This document shows, piece after piece, positions 50,713 to 61,223 of a stretch of 64,000 nucleotides of DNA (within the stretch, counting starts at the first letter, position 1; the number at the start of each line of letters is the position of its first letter). Both the position numbers and the translations under genes were made by a program. Origin of the DNA: Psammoneis japonica (lineage: Eukaryota); NCBI GenBank assembly GCA_008632985.1, contig QPGO01000019.1, positions 496,001 to 560,000 of the forward strand, in the 5' to 3' direction. The notes under the pieces were generated by a model. It was not told the origin of the DNA. It saw only the letters and a list, made by a program, of their open reading frames with translations, and searched no databases.

Positions 50713-52270
50713 ATGGGCCGCATCACTGTCTTTTCTCTTGACTCATGTCCACACTGCAAGTGAGCTGAGGGTGCTTGGAGTGCAAGAAAGATCCCCTTTG
50801 CGGAAATCAATCTCTTGAGTCATCCTCAAAAACGAAATGACATGCTGTCCCTTGCAGATCGCCTCTTGGTGCCGCAGGTTTTCTGGAATGAACAACACAT
50901 TAGAGGTGCAGATGAAACGATTGCTCAATTGACAGGATGGGACAAGAACACTGAAAAGAGTGCATTGCAACGACACAAAGATGAAATTGAATCCAAACCC
51001 AATCTGTTGGACCCGCATTTGGCCCTTCCCACAAGTCCGGCCGTCGTTGAAAAAGAACCTCCACCGTGTGACAATGAAAACAGCACGCTCTTTCAGATGG
51101 AACAATGGCTGCAGTTCTGGATGTCATGCAGAAACTCATCAAGGTGCTTCCACGCGACAACCTTTCCTGCAAGGTTCACATGTGCAAGGACTGTTTTTCA
51201 TTGGAGCCAAGGGAGTTTCCATGCTCATGGAGCATTTTGAACGGATTGCCACTCGTGATGAGGCTGTTGTGTTTGGATGACAACTGCAAGATGCCAAACT
51301 GCTCCATCATGTTTGTGAAGAACACAAATTCAAAGACAAAACATTGCTGTTGACTGCAGTGTTTTCATCAACCTGACGTTGTCAGTTCCCATCGTGTTTG
51401 GACCAAACGAGTCAATCCAAATGCCATGGCATTGCTCAAGCGATTGAAAAAGTTGTTGAGCAAGGTGGAGTCATCCATCACGGACAAAAAAGGTCCAGTG
51501 GACTGCATTGGTGCCCACGAGAGTGAACATTGCAATGTGTTTGAAGAAGCCGTCTGCAAACTGCAAGGAGTGGACATGGGAAAAATGAATGAGGAGGAGA
51601 GGCTCATCTTTGGAATGAACTTGTACAATCTTATGATCAAGTGCGTGCTCACAAAGGTTGGCATGCCATCATCTAACTTGACACAAGCTTCCTTCTTTTC
51701 AGGTGTCAAACTCAACATTGGTGGGGACGTTTTGTCATTTTATGACTTGGAGAATGGAGTGCTTCGGTCAAACTCGAAACCACCCTGCAGTTTCAGCACA
51801 CCATTTTCGTCGTCCAACCCCCGATGACATCTTGCCTTGAGTCCAGTGGATTGTCGGATTCATTTTGCTCTCAATTGCGGCACCAAGAGTCACCCGCCCG
51901 TCAAGGACTTTGCTGTTGAAAGCATGGAAGAGGAGTTGAGAATTGCTGCTCTTTCGTTTTGCGAAGAGGACAAGAATGTCGCTCTTGATGAAGCCAAGAA
52001 TGAAATCAAGCTCACCATGATTGTGAATTGGCGCCAAAGCGATTTTGCGGAATCCAAGGAAAAACTGCCAGAGAGCTCATTGTAATTCTTGAGGGGCGAA
52101 AAAGCAGAAACATTGGAATGCATGACTCAATCGGGCATTCCAATCAAGGTCAAATTTCACCAACACGATTGGAGCACAAATGCAAGTCATTTGACGTCTA
52201 CGAGAGCAGCAAACTCAAGGCAAACGAGTTCAGTCTGACACCACTGTTGAGTTTTGACAGTTGCAGAGAC
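50713..52270 (+). pseudogene. Glutaredoxin-DEP-DUF547 gene, decayed
   Basis: Glutaredoxin with CPHC: MGRITVFSLDSCPHCK*..IPFAEINL..VPQVFWNEQHIRGAD. DEP-like: CKDCF..TRDEAVVFG. DUF547: FGMNLYNLMI..NIGG..SFYDLENGVLR..DCRIHFALNCG. TGA stops at 50761 and 51825 plus frameshifts. The 3' end is approximate. Confidence 0.88.
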
Positions 52271-55059
52271 CCAATGGAATGAACAGCACAATGCATCAAT
52301 CACCCATGCACTGTTTTTTCATTCAGCATAGCTTTTGAAATTCCGGCATCCATTTCTTGTTTCTCATTGCATTTCATTGCGTTCATTTGCCACTTTGTTT
52401 CAAGTGTCACAGACCTCACAATGTGCTCCAGTTGGACATTGTCACTGCAAGCAGCCAGCATCAATGGAACAAGAGACGACATTTTGCTGCTGTGGGGCAG
52501 CATGAACATGGAAGCAGGGTCACTCACAAGGACTTGGTCAGATGTGGCACTCAGCTTTGTAACCTGAGACTGCCTCTTGTCAATTGTCCAGACTAAAAGC
52601 AGCAACACAAACTCACAGTGCAGAGTTTTGGGGCTGTGGGATCACCTGTGTTGGGCCGGCACCATGAGTGGATGCAAAGGCTTCAGCCTCTCATCAATTG
52701 CTCATGGTCACACAGCAATGGCACAAAAGCTCACAAGCATGTCCAGCAGTTGGAAGAAGAACAAACTTTGCCACAAACCAAGAGCGAACATCAGGTGGTG
52801 CTGCCCAGTGTGGCATCAGTGGACAGAGCGACATCAGCCTCTGCCAATCATCATGAAGCCGTGGAGCACAACATTTGTAGATGATTTTACCAAGGGAGGC
52901 ATTGCATCAGTTGTGGAATTGCTCAGTGGGGTCACCTGTGTGGCAGTCTTAAAGCAGAAGCAAAGGCTCACCAAATGCCCCCAAATGTTCCACCAACAAG
53001 TCCCTCCAAGATGCATTTGCTGTGCATGGTTGAGACAATTGGCAAGAAAACATCAAAGAGCCACACATTCATCTGTCAACCTGCTGTGACAGACAATGAT
53101 GGTGATGATGATGACAAAAAGTTTGCTGTTGCTGGCCTCCAGAAGTTGCTGCAACATCAACAATGTGGTGCTCAACATGTGGCCAAAGGCTGTGGCATGT
53201 TGTTCATGGAAGCAGAGGATGCAAACAAGTGCCAATTTTTCTGGCATTGATTGGTGAGACCCTGGCTGATGATGACCAGAGAATCGCTTGTCTGCCCTCC
53301 CAACAAAATTTGCAGAGCTGTTCACCCCTCATCCAATGCTGCCCATGGTGCACAACTGCAAAGCAAGTGCTCTCATGTGCTCACACATGATTGATGATTT
53401 GCCTTGCAACATTCTGGCTTTTCTTCACCTTGGCAGTCCACAAGGACAAACATGTGAAGTGAAGTGCAGGAAGATGCCCAGTGAGAAAAAATGTGCAAGG
53501 GACCGCCTCAAATTGGTCCTCAGGACCCTGCTCAATGATAAGGCCTGAGCTGTTGGAAGCAATGCTAAGACACTAGAGTGTGGCTGCCAGCTCTCTGCAA
53601 GTGCCAAATGGCAAAGAGCTCTCATGCCAAGAGCTCCACAATGTGCTCATCATGCAGGCCAGTGTGGCATGACTCTGCCTGATTTGCCTGAGTGTTGCAA
53701 TGGATGTGGGCATGCAGCAAACTCTCCTGGATTTTCCATTCAGTGTCAAAGCCACACTTCACAATGCCATCCACAACAACCTCCCCAACCAAGAGAGCCA
53801 AAATCTCTTCACATTGTTGGAAGTGGTGCCAGGCTCGCTCAAGTCACAAATGCAAAATGGAAAATTGCATGTGCAAAATCTCACCACTTGTTCATGTGAC
53901 CACTGCATTGGCCACACACAGAACCCTGTTTCTCTGTTTTTTGCTGGCAGCTGCTGCTGCACCCATGCACTCTTGCAAACACCATCTTTTTCGTCAGTGT
54001 TGCATTGTCAATCCAACAGCAGCACAGTGGCTGCAAGGGGTTGATGCTCATGATGTTTTTGCTGTGTCAGGCATCTGGCTGTCACATGTGACCAGACTCA
54101 ATCCTGGGCACTGGCGCTGGCAGAGGCTTGCTGCAAGACTTGCCACTCTGATGCAAGTGGGCCAGAAACTGAGGTGAAAAGAGGTCAGCATGTTTGCACT
54201 TTGCGCAGCTTCTTCCGTGCAAGAAGGCGCCTGCTCCAACTTCCGTTCTGTCTGTCAGCACCCAGTGCCCACTTGAGACTGTCTCAGTTTCAAAAGTTCT
54301 GTTTGAAGTGCTTGTGGCACAACCACATGTTTGAAAGTGCTCCAAGATGAAAAAAAAATGATGCATCAACACACACACAGAATGTCAGCAGCCAGCAAAG
54401 TGCACCCACTGCCTCTGAAAAAGTCCCATGTGCAGCCACAGCCCCCCACAGCTCACTCCTGAAGAATCAACAGGTGTCGCTCTTCTTGGGATGTGGCGCT
54501 CCTTCTTGACTCTAACAGGCTGGTGGGGTCTTCATTGCCCAGTGTGCCCACACTGCTCTTGTGGGACGAGTCTCTTTTGTTGTCAACCCACGCGTGCTTC
54601 TTGGCTGCTGAAAGCTGCAGTTTTCCAGACCCCCTTGAAAACCACAATCAGGAGGGAGGCTGTGGGGGTCACAGTGTCATCAAGTGTCAAACAGCTTGGG
54701 CAGAATTGTCTGTGTCCTCGAGACAGTGTGAGCTTGCCTGGCCCACAGCACATTTTGGGATGACGACCCCCACAAGACAGTTTGATGGAGGGATTGTTGC
54801 ATCCAAGTGTCAGAGTTGACATGCGAGCAGCTGCACTTGCATTTTTTACAACACATTTTGAAAGAAAGGTGAAAGGTGATGGAGATGATGGCATCGGCAT
54901 TCACACAACCTGGCCACCGTGTGGCTGCCAATGCAGAAGTGCGCAGGAGGAAAAGCCACACCAACCCTGCGAGGTTTCGATTTTTCGAAATGGACAGATG
55001 GTGCGTTTGCAGTGCAAGTAAATTCCGTGTTTTGGTTTCCTGTCAACTAACTCAGCGCT

Positions 55060-55302
55060 CTGGGTGTCGCCACTTAAAGCGAGAATCGCAGTGGCAGTCT
55101 GTCTGTACGACAGTTTCTACATGTGCTTTGCACTGTCGTCCGTCCCTACCGTACGGTACCACCTCCCGCCCGAGACAATTGGAGTCGGGTTGGTCGGCGC
55201 GAGCGGGAGGTGGCAGGGACGGACGAAAGTATAAAATATGCGTAGAAATCATCGTACAGACAGACCGCCACTGCGAATTTCCTTGCATGTGGCGAGACCC
55301 AG
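55060..55302. repeat. Foldback/MITE-like long imperfect inverted repeat (arms ~55060-55169 and 55203-55302)
   Basis: Left arm tcgcagtggcagtctgtctgtacga...tcgtccgtccct..ccacctcccgc is the reverse complement of gcgggaggtgg.agggacggacga...tcgtacagacagaccgccactgcga. Confidence 0.85.
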
Positions 55303-55514
55303 CTCAGCAGCGGCGTTTATCGGTGTCCTACCTCGCTCTTTAGCGTCATAAAACTACTCTCTAGCTAGAGTAGTAGGGCCCTACCGTAGCGTGCTACTAC
55401 CTACTCTAGGACTACTGTACTTTCTTTGTGGAAACAAACCTGCAGTCTGCCATAGAAAACTGCGTTATCATTTCGTTGCCAATTTAATTCAATTCAATCA
55501 TGCGACGACTAGGT

Positions 55515-57181
55515 ATGAAGAAATTTCCAATGGCGGCACTTCTCGTGCTTGTCACAATCTTGCGAGAGTCTGTTAGTGGCTGGACTGTTGGACACACTCC
55601 ACTAAGCATGGCAGTCACAACCAGTAGACAAGCAGCTTCCACCTCGCCAGCACTGAGTCGCTCCGGTCACGACCAAAAAGCATGGGCGAGAAGGTACACA
55701 ACGTGTCCCAAAGAGATACCACTAACAGTCATTGATTGTCCGGATCTGCCCAAAGATTTTCCTTAAGGGACTTACTAGCGGAATGGCCACGGACGATTTG
55801 AGTCTGACGATGGGGTTTGTGCTCATCACATGTTTGATGGAGATGGCCTCGTTTCAGCCATGACGTTTGATCCTCGTCAGAAGAAGCTCTTGTTTCGGAA
55901 CAGATTTGTGCGCACCGAAGGATATCGATCTGATTCAGAAACCGGGAAAATGAGTCAGCCGGGTATCTTTGGAACACGAGGTTCTGGTGGGTTCTTCTCA
56001 AACCTCTTTAGAACCGATTTCAAGAACGTGGCCAATACCCATGTGCTGTACGGCGGAGAAAAGTTGTACGCCCTTTGGGAAGGTGGATGGCCATATCTTC
56101 TCGATCCACTGACATTGGAAAACGACGTTGAAAAGGAACCAAAGGGACACGACCTAAACGGCCTCTTGAAGGATCAAGACAAGTTTGCGGCACACTACCG
56201 ATACGATTCCCATTCTGGTCACATAGTCAATTTCGGTTCGAGCCTCGATCCTGTGAAGGGAGAAAGCAAGATCAACCTTTTTGAATTTGACAAGGATATG
56301 AAACCAATCCGAACGGATGAAGTATCCTTTGTATTTGATGGTGCCGCTGTTGTTCATGATTACGTTCTTACTGAGAACTGGCATATCTTTTGCATGCCTC
56401 CCGCCGGCATTGACAACCAAAAGGCTCTCATGGCCTTGTTGGGGCAAGCGGCTTTTGCGGAGGTTGTGGACTTTGATTCTCAAGCTACCGAACCGACTGT
56501 CTTTCTGGTGCCACGCATTACACGGCTCGAAGAGGGAACGGCTGCAGATATGCGTGCAAGACATGACAACCGAATAAAAGTAATCAAGGTTCCCTATCAT
56601 TTCAATTTTCACTTTGCCAATGCCTTTGAGGACGAAGACGGCAACGTTGTGTTTGATTCTGTAATGACGGAAGAAGCAGAGGTAAGGCCGGTTCCAGGTG
56701 ATTTTCATGATTATTTTGTATCTCATCTGGAAACTCACTGGGTCGCGCATTCTTGCGGTAGCTTGGAGCTGGTTTTTCCAAGGACATTCCGTTATGGGAC
56801 CAGATTGACTGGGACGACCTCGTTCCCAACAAGTACGTACGAATTTCGGTGTCTCCCGAGCTGGACAGCATCACGCCAGGAACTCGCTTTGACGTGATTT
56901 CCGCACGCTCCAATGAATTTCCGTCCATTCCAATGGCACTGTCAGGCAAGACGCATCGATGCACGTGCACTGTCGGTGCCCATCAGCCGCATGCAACCAT
57001 GCCCAATGGTCGTGGTGGTGCCCCGGGCGGTGCCACACTCAAACTTGACACGGCACAACCAGAAAAGTGCGAGTCATTTTCTTTTGCGCCTTGCGAATTC
57101 CCCGGCGAAGTTGTGTTTTGCCCGAAACAGGGAGCAGACGTGACCAATCCAAACTTTTTGCGTGCACCACATTCAAAGTAG
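55515..57181 (+). pseudogene. Carotenoid cleavage oxygenase (RPE65/ACO family) pseudogene with a plastid-type targeting signal
   Basis: DLPKDFP*GTY*RNGHG, HMFDGDG, FRNRFVRT, KNVANT, LWEGG, FAAHY, VHDY, FHFANAFE, EFP and GEVVFCP. Stops at 55764-55766 and 55776-55778; intron 56682-56761. Similarity ends near 57150, before the expected last blades and fourth His. Confidence 0.88.
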
Positions 57182-57255
57182 CCGAATGGCAGCATCGTCC
57201 TGCCCTGCACCGCACACAAGAGTCCCCTTTACCATCCCGATACCAAAGACACCGG

Positions 57256-58638
57256 CTAATGCACAGACGAAAGCAGAAAGGTCTGAATGAAGTGATGGCC
57301 TCCAAAACCTCCCGAAATCGCAATGAAGAGTTCTCCACATTCAGGATTGCCCAGAACACACGCCACTTGATGACCTTCTCTTGGCACGCCCGTCTCTGGG
57401 GTGCGCAGTTTTTTGCCACTCTCCAGGTCACATTCATCAAGCGTGATAAATTCGCGATCGTCAATGTGGGCAAACACACTGTTTGGTGTGGACAAAAACA
57501 CCCTGGTGGGACACATAAAGCCATCCTCTAAAGAGGCCTTGTCGGTGGCACCATTGAATGAGATCTTCTTGCAAAGAGCAGAGCATTCCTCGCAGAGGAT
57601 GCAGTGGCTGGCTCGTCCGCTCCTGTCATGGTTGAGGCGCATTTCGCCATCTTCAAAGCACGGAGAGAAGTCGGTCTGTGACAATGTGAAACGGCAAAAG
57701 GTGTAGATGCCCAACCCAATGCCGGGAAAAGGACCTTCTTGTTCAAGATTGCGAATCATCAAGAGGTGGCTTCCAGTCACAATAAGATGTACAGTCGTGT
57801 AACGCGGTAGTCTCGCATTCGCATCATCAGGCTCGGGCATGCGAATCGTCTTGCTGCAGCGTTTTTCACCCGTTGCAATTGCAAGGGACTCAATCGTGTA
57901 GGAGACTTCTCGGTTGCCTTGCTCTGTTCGCCATAGTAGATACATTGTTGAGTCACCAGCAGCAACGGCTACATCTTGAATTGCGTCGTCGTCGGAGGCA
58001 CTCAATGTTTTGGTGTACAGGAACTGCAAGTCTGTTTGTCCCTCCAATTTCCATACATGGATAAATTCTGTGTCAGCCATATGGGGACACCGGCGCAGCA
58101 CCAAATAGCCATTGGAATAGATGAGATCGTCCGTAATCCAACAGATGGGGTCCATCAGCGGGCCAGGGATGACTGGGACGAAGCCCAGTTCTGCTTCCCA
58201 GACAATTGTCATCGTTTGTGTGTCAAGAATCCGAATCATATTGTCCGGTTCAGAACATGCCGTCACGACATTCCCATTTGGAAGCACGGCACTCGGTCCG
58301 TTGAGTCTAGTCGCGCGCTGTTTCAAAGGAATTCTGTCCATGCACAGAGACAAGAGGCGAGGGTGAATCATCCTCTCATCATTGGGGCGTTCTAAGCCAC
58401 TTGAAACCTTTGTCACCAATCGAGTCCTAAAGTCGTCATCCACAGCATAATTTGCAATCACTGACGACAACAGAGACTGTGCCGGTTCTTCAGCAGCCGC
58501 CAGAAACTCCGGCGAAACCAAGGCGCTTTCGGCAACGTCCATGAAGGATGCGATTTTTCGAAGACACCCATTATCCAGCTCAGGAAGAAAACCCGGCTGC
58601 ATGCTCTCCTCAGCAGTGTTCGTCTCACGATCGTTCAT
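57256..58638 (-). CDS. F-box-like protein with a beta-rich (propeller-like) C-terminus
   Basis: Open ~460-aa frame. LPELDNGCLRKIASFM..ALVSPEF resembles an F-box, and IRILD and IHVWKL resemble WD-like strands. The 3' part is Cys/His-enriched and may be decaying. Confidence 0.55.
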   Translation of the reverse strand: MNDRETNTAEESMQPGFLPELDNGCLRKIASFMDVAESALVSPEFLAAAEEPAQSLLSSVIANYAVDDDFRTRLVTKVSSGLERPNDERMIHPRLLSLCMDRIPLKQRATRLNGPSAVLPNGNVVTACSEPDNMIRILDTQTMTIVWEAELGFVPVIPGPLMDPICWITDDLIYSNGYLVLRRCPHMADTEFIHVWKLEGQTDLQFLYTKTLSASDDDAIQDVAVAAGDSTMYLLWRTEQGNREVSYTIESLAIATGEKRCSKTIRMPEPDDANARLPRYTTVHLIVTGSHLLMIRNLEQEGPFPGIGLGIYTFCRFTLSQTDFSPCFEDGEMRLNHDRSGRASHCILCEECSALCKKISFNGATDKASLEDGFMCPTRVFLSTPNSVFAHIDDREFITLDECDLESGKKLRTPETGVPREGHQVACVLGNPECGELFIAISGGFGGHHFIQTFLLSSVH

Positions 58639-58849
58639 TCTCTCGCAGCAAAGACAACAGCAACGGCACAGTACGGAGCTTTTCTTGTTTGTTGTTGTTT
58701 TTGGCAGGCATGCACTATCTGCCCAAGTTCGAGGTACAGGTATGATATGATAAGTACAAGTACACGGCACCGTAGGTCGCCGTACAAGCTCTGCGTAGAA
58801 CCAAGGTGCGAACTCTGTCCTCGCGAAGTCGAAGCATCATGCGAGCTCA

Positions 58850-60070
58850 GGACCCGTTGAAGCTCGTGCGTGCGTTGAACGTGCTGCAGATTGTTACAAC
58901 ATGAGTTCGTTGCCGCCTCTCGTTTTCCTCCCTCATTCTTCCGAAGAATGAAGGAAAACAGAGACGACGTTGTAGACAGTCAATTCGCTATTGTCGTCGT
59001 TGCGAAGGACACCTTCGCCGTTTTCTTTCGATCGCAGGAAGACTTGTCTGAGAAGCACATCAGAACAGTCTCCAAGCAACGTCGTGTCCACGATGATGGT
59101 TTGTTTGTCTCAAACTCGTGGACTCTTGGCTCTCGGCCATCTGCAGCATGGGGCTTGCAGATGAGTCTCAGGGTTGGGAACTTCCAATGTTTCAGCTCAT
59201 GCTCCCACCAGTGGTGTGTTTCTTGTTCTTTCATCAAAGTTGAGCCGACTGGGTGCCGCATTTGCACCACACCACAACAGCGACCGCAGAACAGCCCAAA
59301 TCTCAACTTGATGCATCTCTGTTTGTTGAAGCCAACAATGGGCCAACAAGAGGGAAAAAGTGACCCAACTCTCCAGCAATGAGTTTGAGGAAGCTTCTGG
59401 AAAACAAAGCAAGTTTGGGACGATGTCCTCTTGGGAATGTTGGCACGGGTTCCTGGCACTGAGAGAAAGGAGAGCAAGTTTTACATTCGCACATGGCATG
59501 ACTTGTTGCACACTCTTGGTCCCATCCCTCTAAGATTGCACAAATCTTTGCCGCTTGTGTGTTGCACAAGCAAAATTGAGCATGAACTTTCTGCTCAAAT
59601 GATGTGCCGCCCGATGCAAATTGTGTCTTTCTGCCCAGATCTGCTCTTCCGTGGTTCTTTGAGCATTTCTCCACCCTTGGTGCTCCTTGTGGTGGCATCA
59701 CCCTCAACCTTTAAAAAACTGGGATTGTCATCTCCATCACCAGCACCAGCAGCCCCATCCCCACTCGTCTTCCTCCATCTCAGGCTGGCCCTTTTCCACT
59801 GAATTGATTGAGAAAAAGCACACAGTGCGCCACCACCAAGATGATGGTGGTGGCTGGAGTCATGCGGCAGCAGTGACGGACTCCCCCTTCTGCACCCCTT
59901 TCTTCTTGCCAGCAAAGAACCATCTCATCAAGCACGCCTCCATGCTGTTTTTGTTGTGCCAGCACACGCATCAGATGGATGAATTGTTTGTGATTTTGGA
60001 AAAAAGGACTTTTTACTCTGACGAAAAAAGTTCAAATTTCAAAAAATGACACCAATTTGCGTTGTGACGT
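58850..60070. other. TpA-depleted degenerate patch with unidentified decayed coding sequence
   Basis: Few TA dinucleotides, CpG only partly lost, and overlapping Cys/His-rich ORFs. Confidence 0.6.
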
Positions 60071-60210
60071 CATGAATGAACTCACAAATGAACCAAAAAG
60101 ACGAAAAAGAAAGCGCGCCAAACCATCACACTGATAAGACACTGCAACATCAACACGTACGGTACGCGACACCAGCACACAGCACAGCACAAATCCATCG
60201 CATCCACACC

Positions 60211-61223
60211 ATTGGAAAGAAAAGCCGCCGCACCAAAGTCGGCAGAAGAATCAAGTCGGTGACAAGCAGCACTGCTGCTCAAGAAAAGGAAAAAGACAAT
60301 AATGCGAGCCGCATGCAGCAACTGCTTGCAAAATTGCGAGGCGACTTTGAAGACGTAGATTCTGCGACTCGTGTCTTGAACGAGCTCGGTCAAGTCTTCA
60401 ACAACACCCACAATATGGATCGTGCAATTCGGAACTTTGTCGAGGCTCGTGGCATTGACAGTATGCTTGTCTTTATGCGCAAGAATCCATATGGTCTATC
60501 AAGCTTGTGCGCATGCTGTGCCACTCTTTCTGCAGTAGCTGCATGCCCCGCCGTACCAAACACTATAACTCACGCCGCGATGGTACGGAGCGGCGGAATC
60601 CCGATTATCATTCAAGTCATTCGCACCGTGATTCAAGTTGGAATTCCGACCGATATCGAACGCATAAATATGAATTGTATCAGTCGTGCCATGGAGCTTT
60701 TGGCGGCATTGGCGGGCATCAACATGTCTTCTGTACAAAGCTCTGGTGGCAAGTTGCGCTCGGCCGTGCGCTGGCGGATATGACGAGTCGTGGCGGAATC
60801 CCGTGCCTTTTGGATTGTCTCCTGCAGTATCCGGACGATGCCGATATTCAAGCACCGGGATGTGCCATTACGGCGGTGCTTGCCAATCCAGATATTGGTG
60901 GCAATCCATCTGCGGTCCTTGCCGCTGGAGGAGACTGCGTCATGAAGACAAGTCTTGCACTGTATGAGGGAAATAACAACGACATTGAAACGTGCGCATC
61001 CGATGCGCTCTTTTACATGATGAAGGTGGTTCCGAAATGCAAGTGTTGTGGAAAGGAATCCGTGGATGGCATGATGGTATGCAACCGGTGTGATACAACT
61101 TGGTATTGCAATAACGATTGCCTCAAGAGGGATTGGCAGAATCACAAAAAGGCGTGCAACAAGGCGAGGTGGAAACCTCTTCACCAAGCAAAGACGCCTT
61201 GCTGGGAAAGGTCCACCTTGTAG
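60211..61223 (+). pseudogene. ARM-like repeat + MYND zinc-finger gene, frameshifted paralog
   Basis: Paralogous to 62036-63124. The homologous start codon reads ATT (in-frame ATGs exist upstream). It is 118 nt shorter between GG(60750) and GGIP(60792), causing a frameshift. The MYND motif CKCC..CNRC..YCNNDC..DW.NHKKAC is retained. Confidence 0.8.

Larger units (their letters stand above)
41850..55050. other. ~13-kb TpA/CpG-depleted hypermutated domain containing a copia element and decayed host-type genes
   Basis: Continuous TA scarcity and TG/CA excess. Spurious Cys/His-rich ORFs in all frames. Normal composition resumes near 41830 and 55040. Confidence 0.85.

Noticed and set aside
41850..55050. 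Dozens of overlapping Cys/His/Trp-rich ORFs in all six frames (also at 1-1760 and 13.2-19.9 kb) as novel small or metal-binding proteins
   Set aside because: They are an artefact of TpA loss. TAA and TAG stops are erased and TG/CA-rich codons dominate. The recognisable parts are broken TE or host genes.
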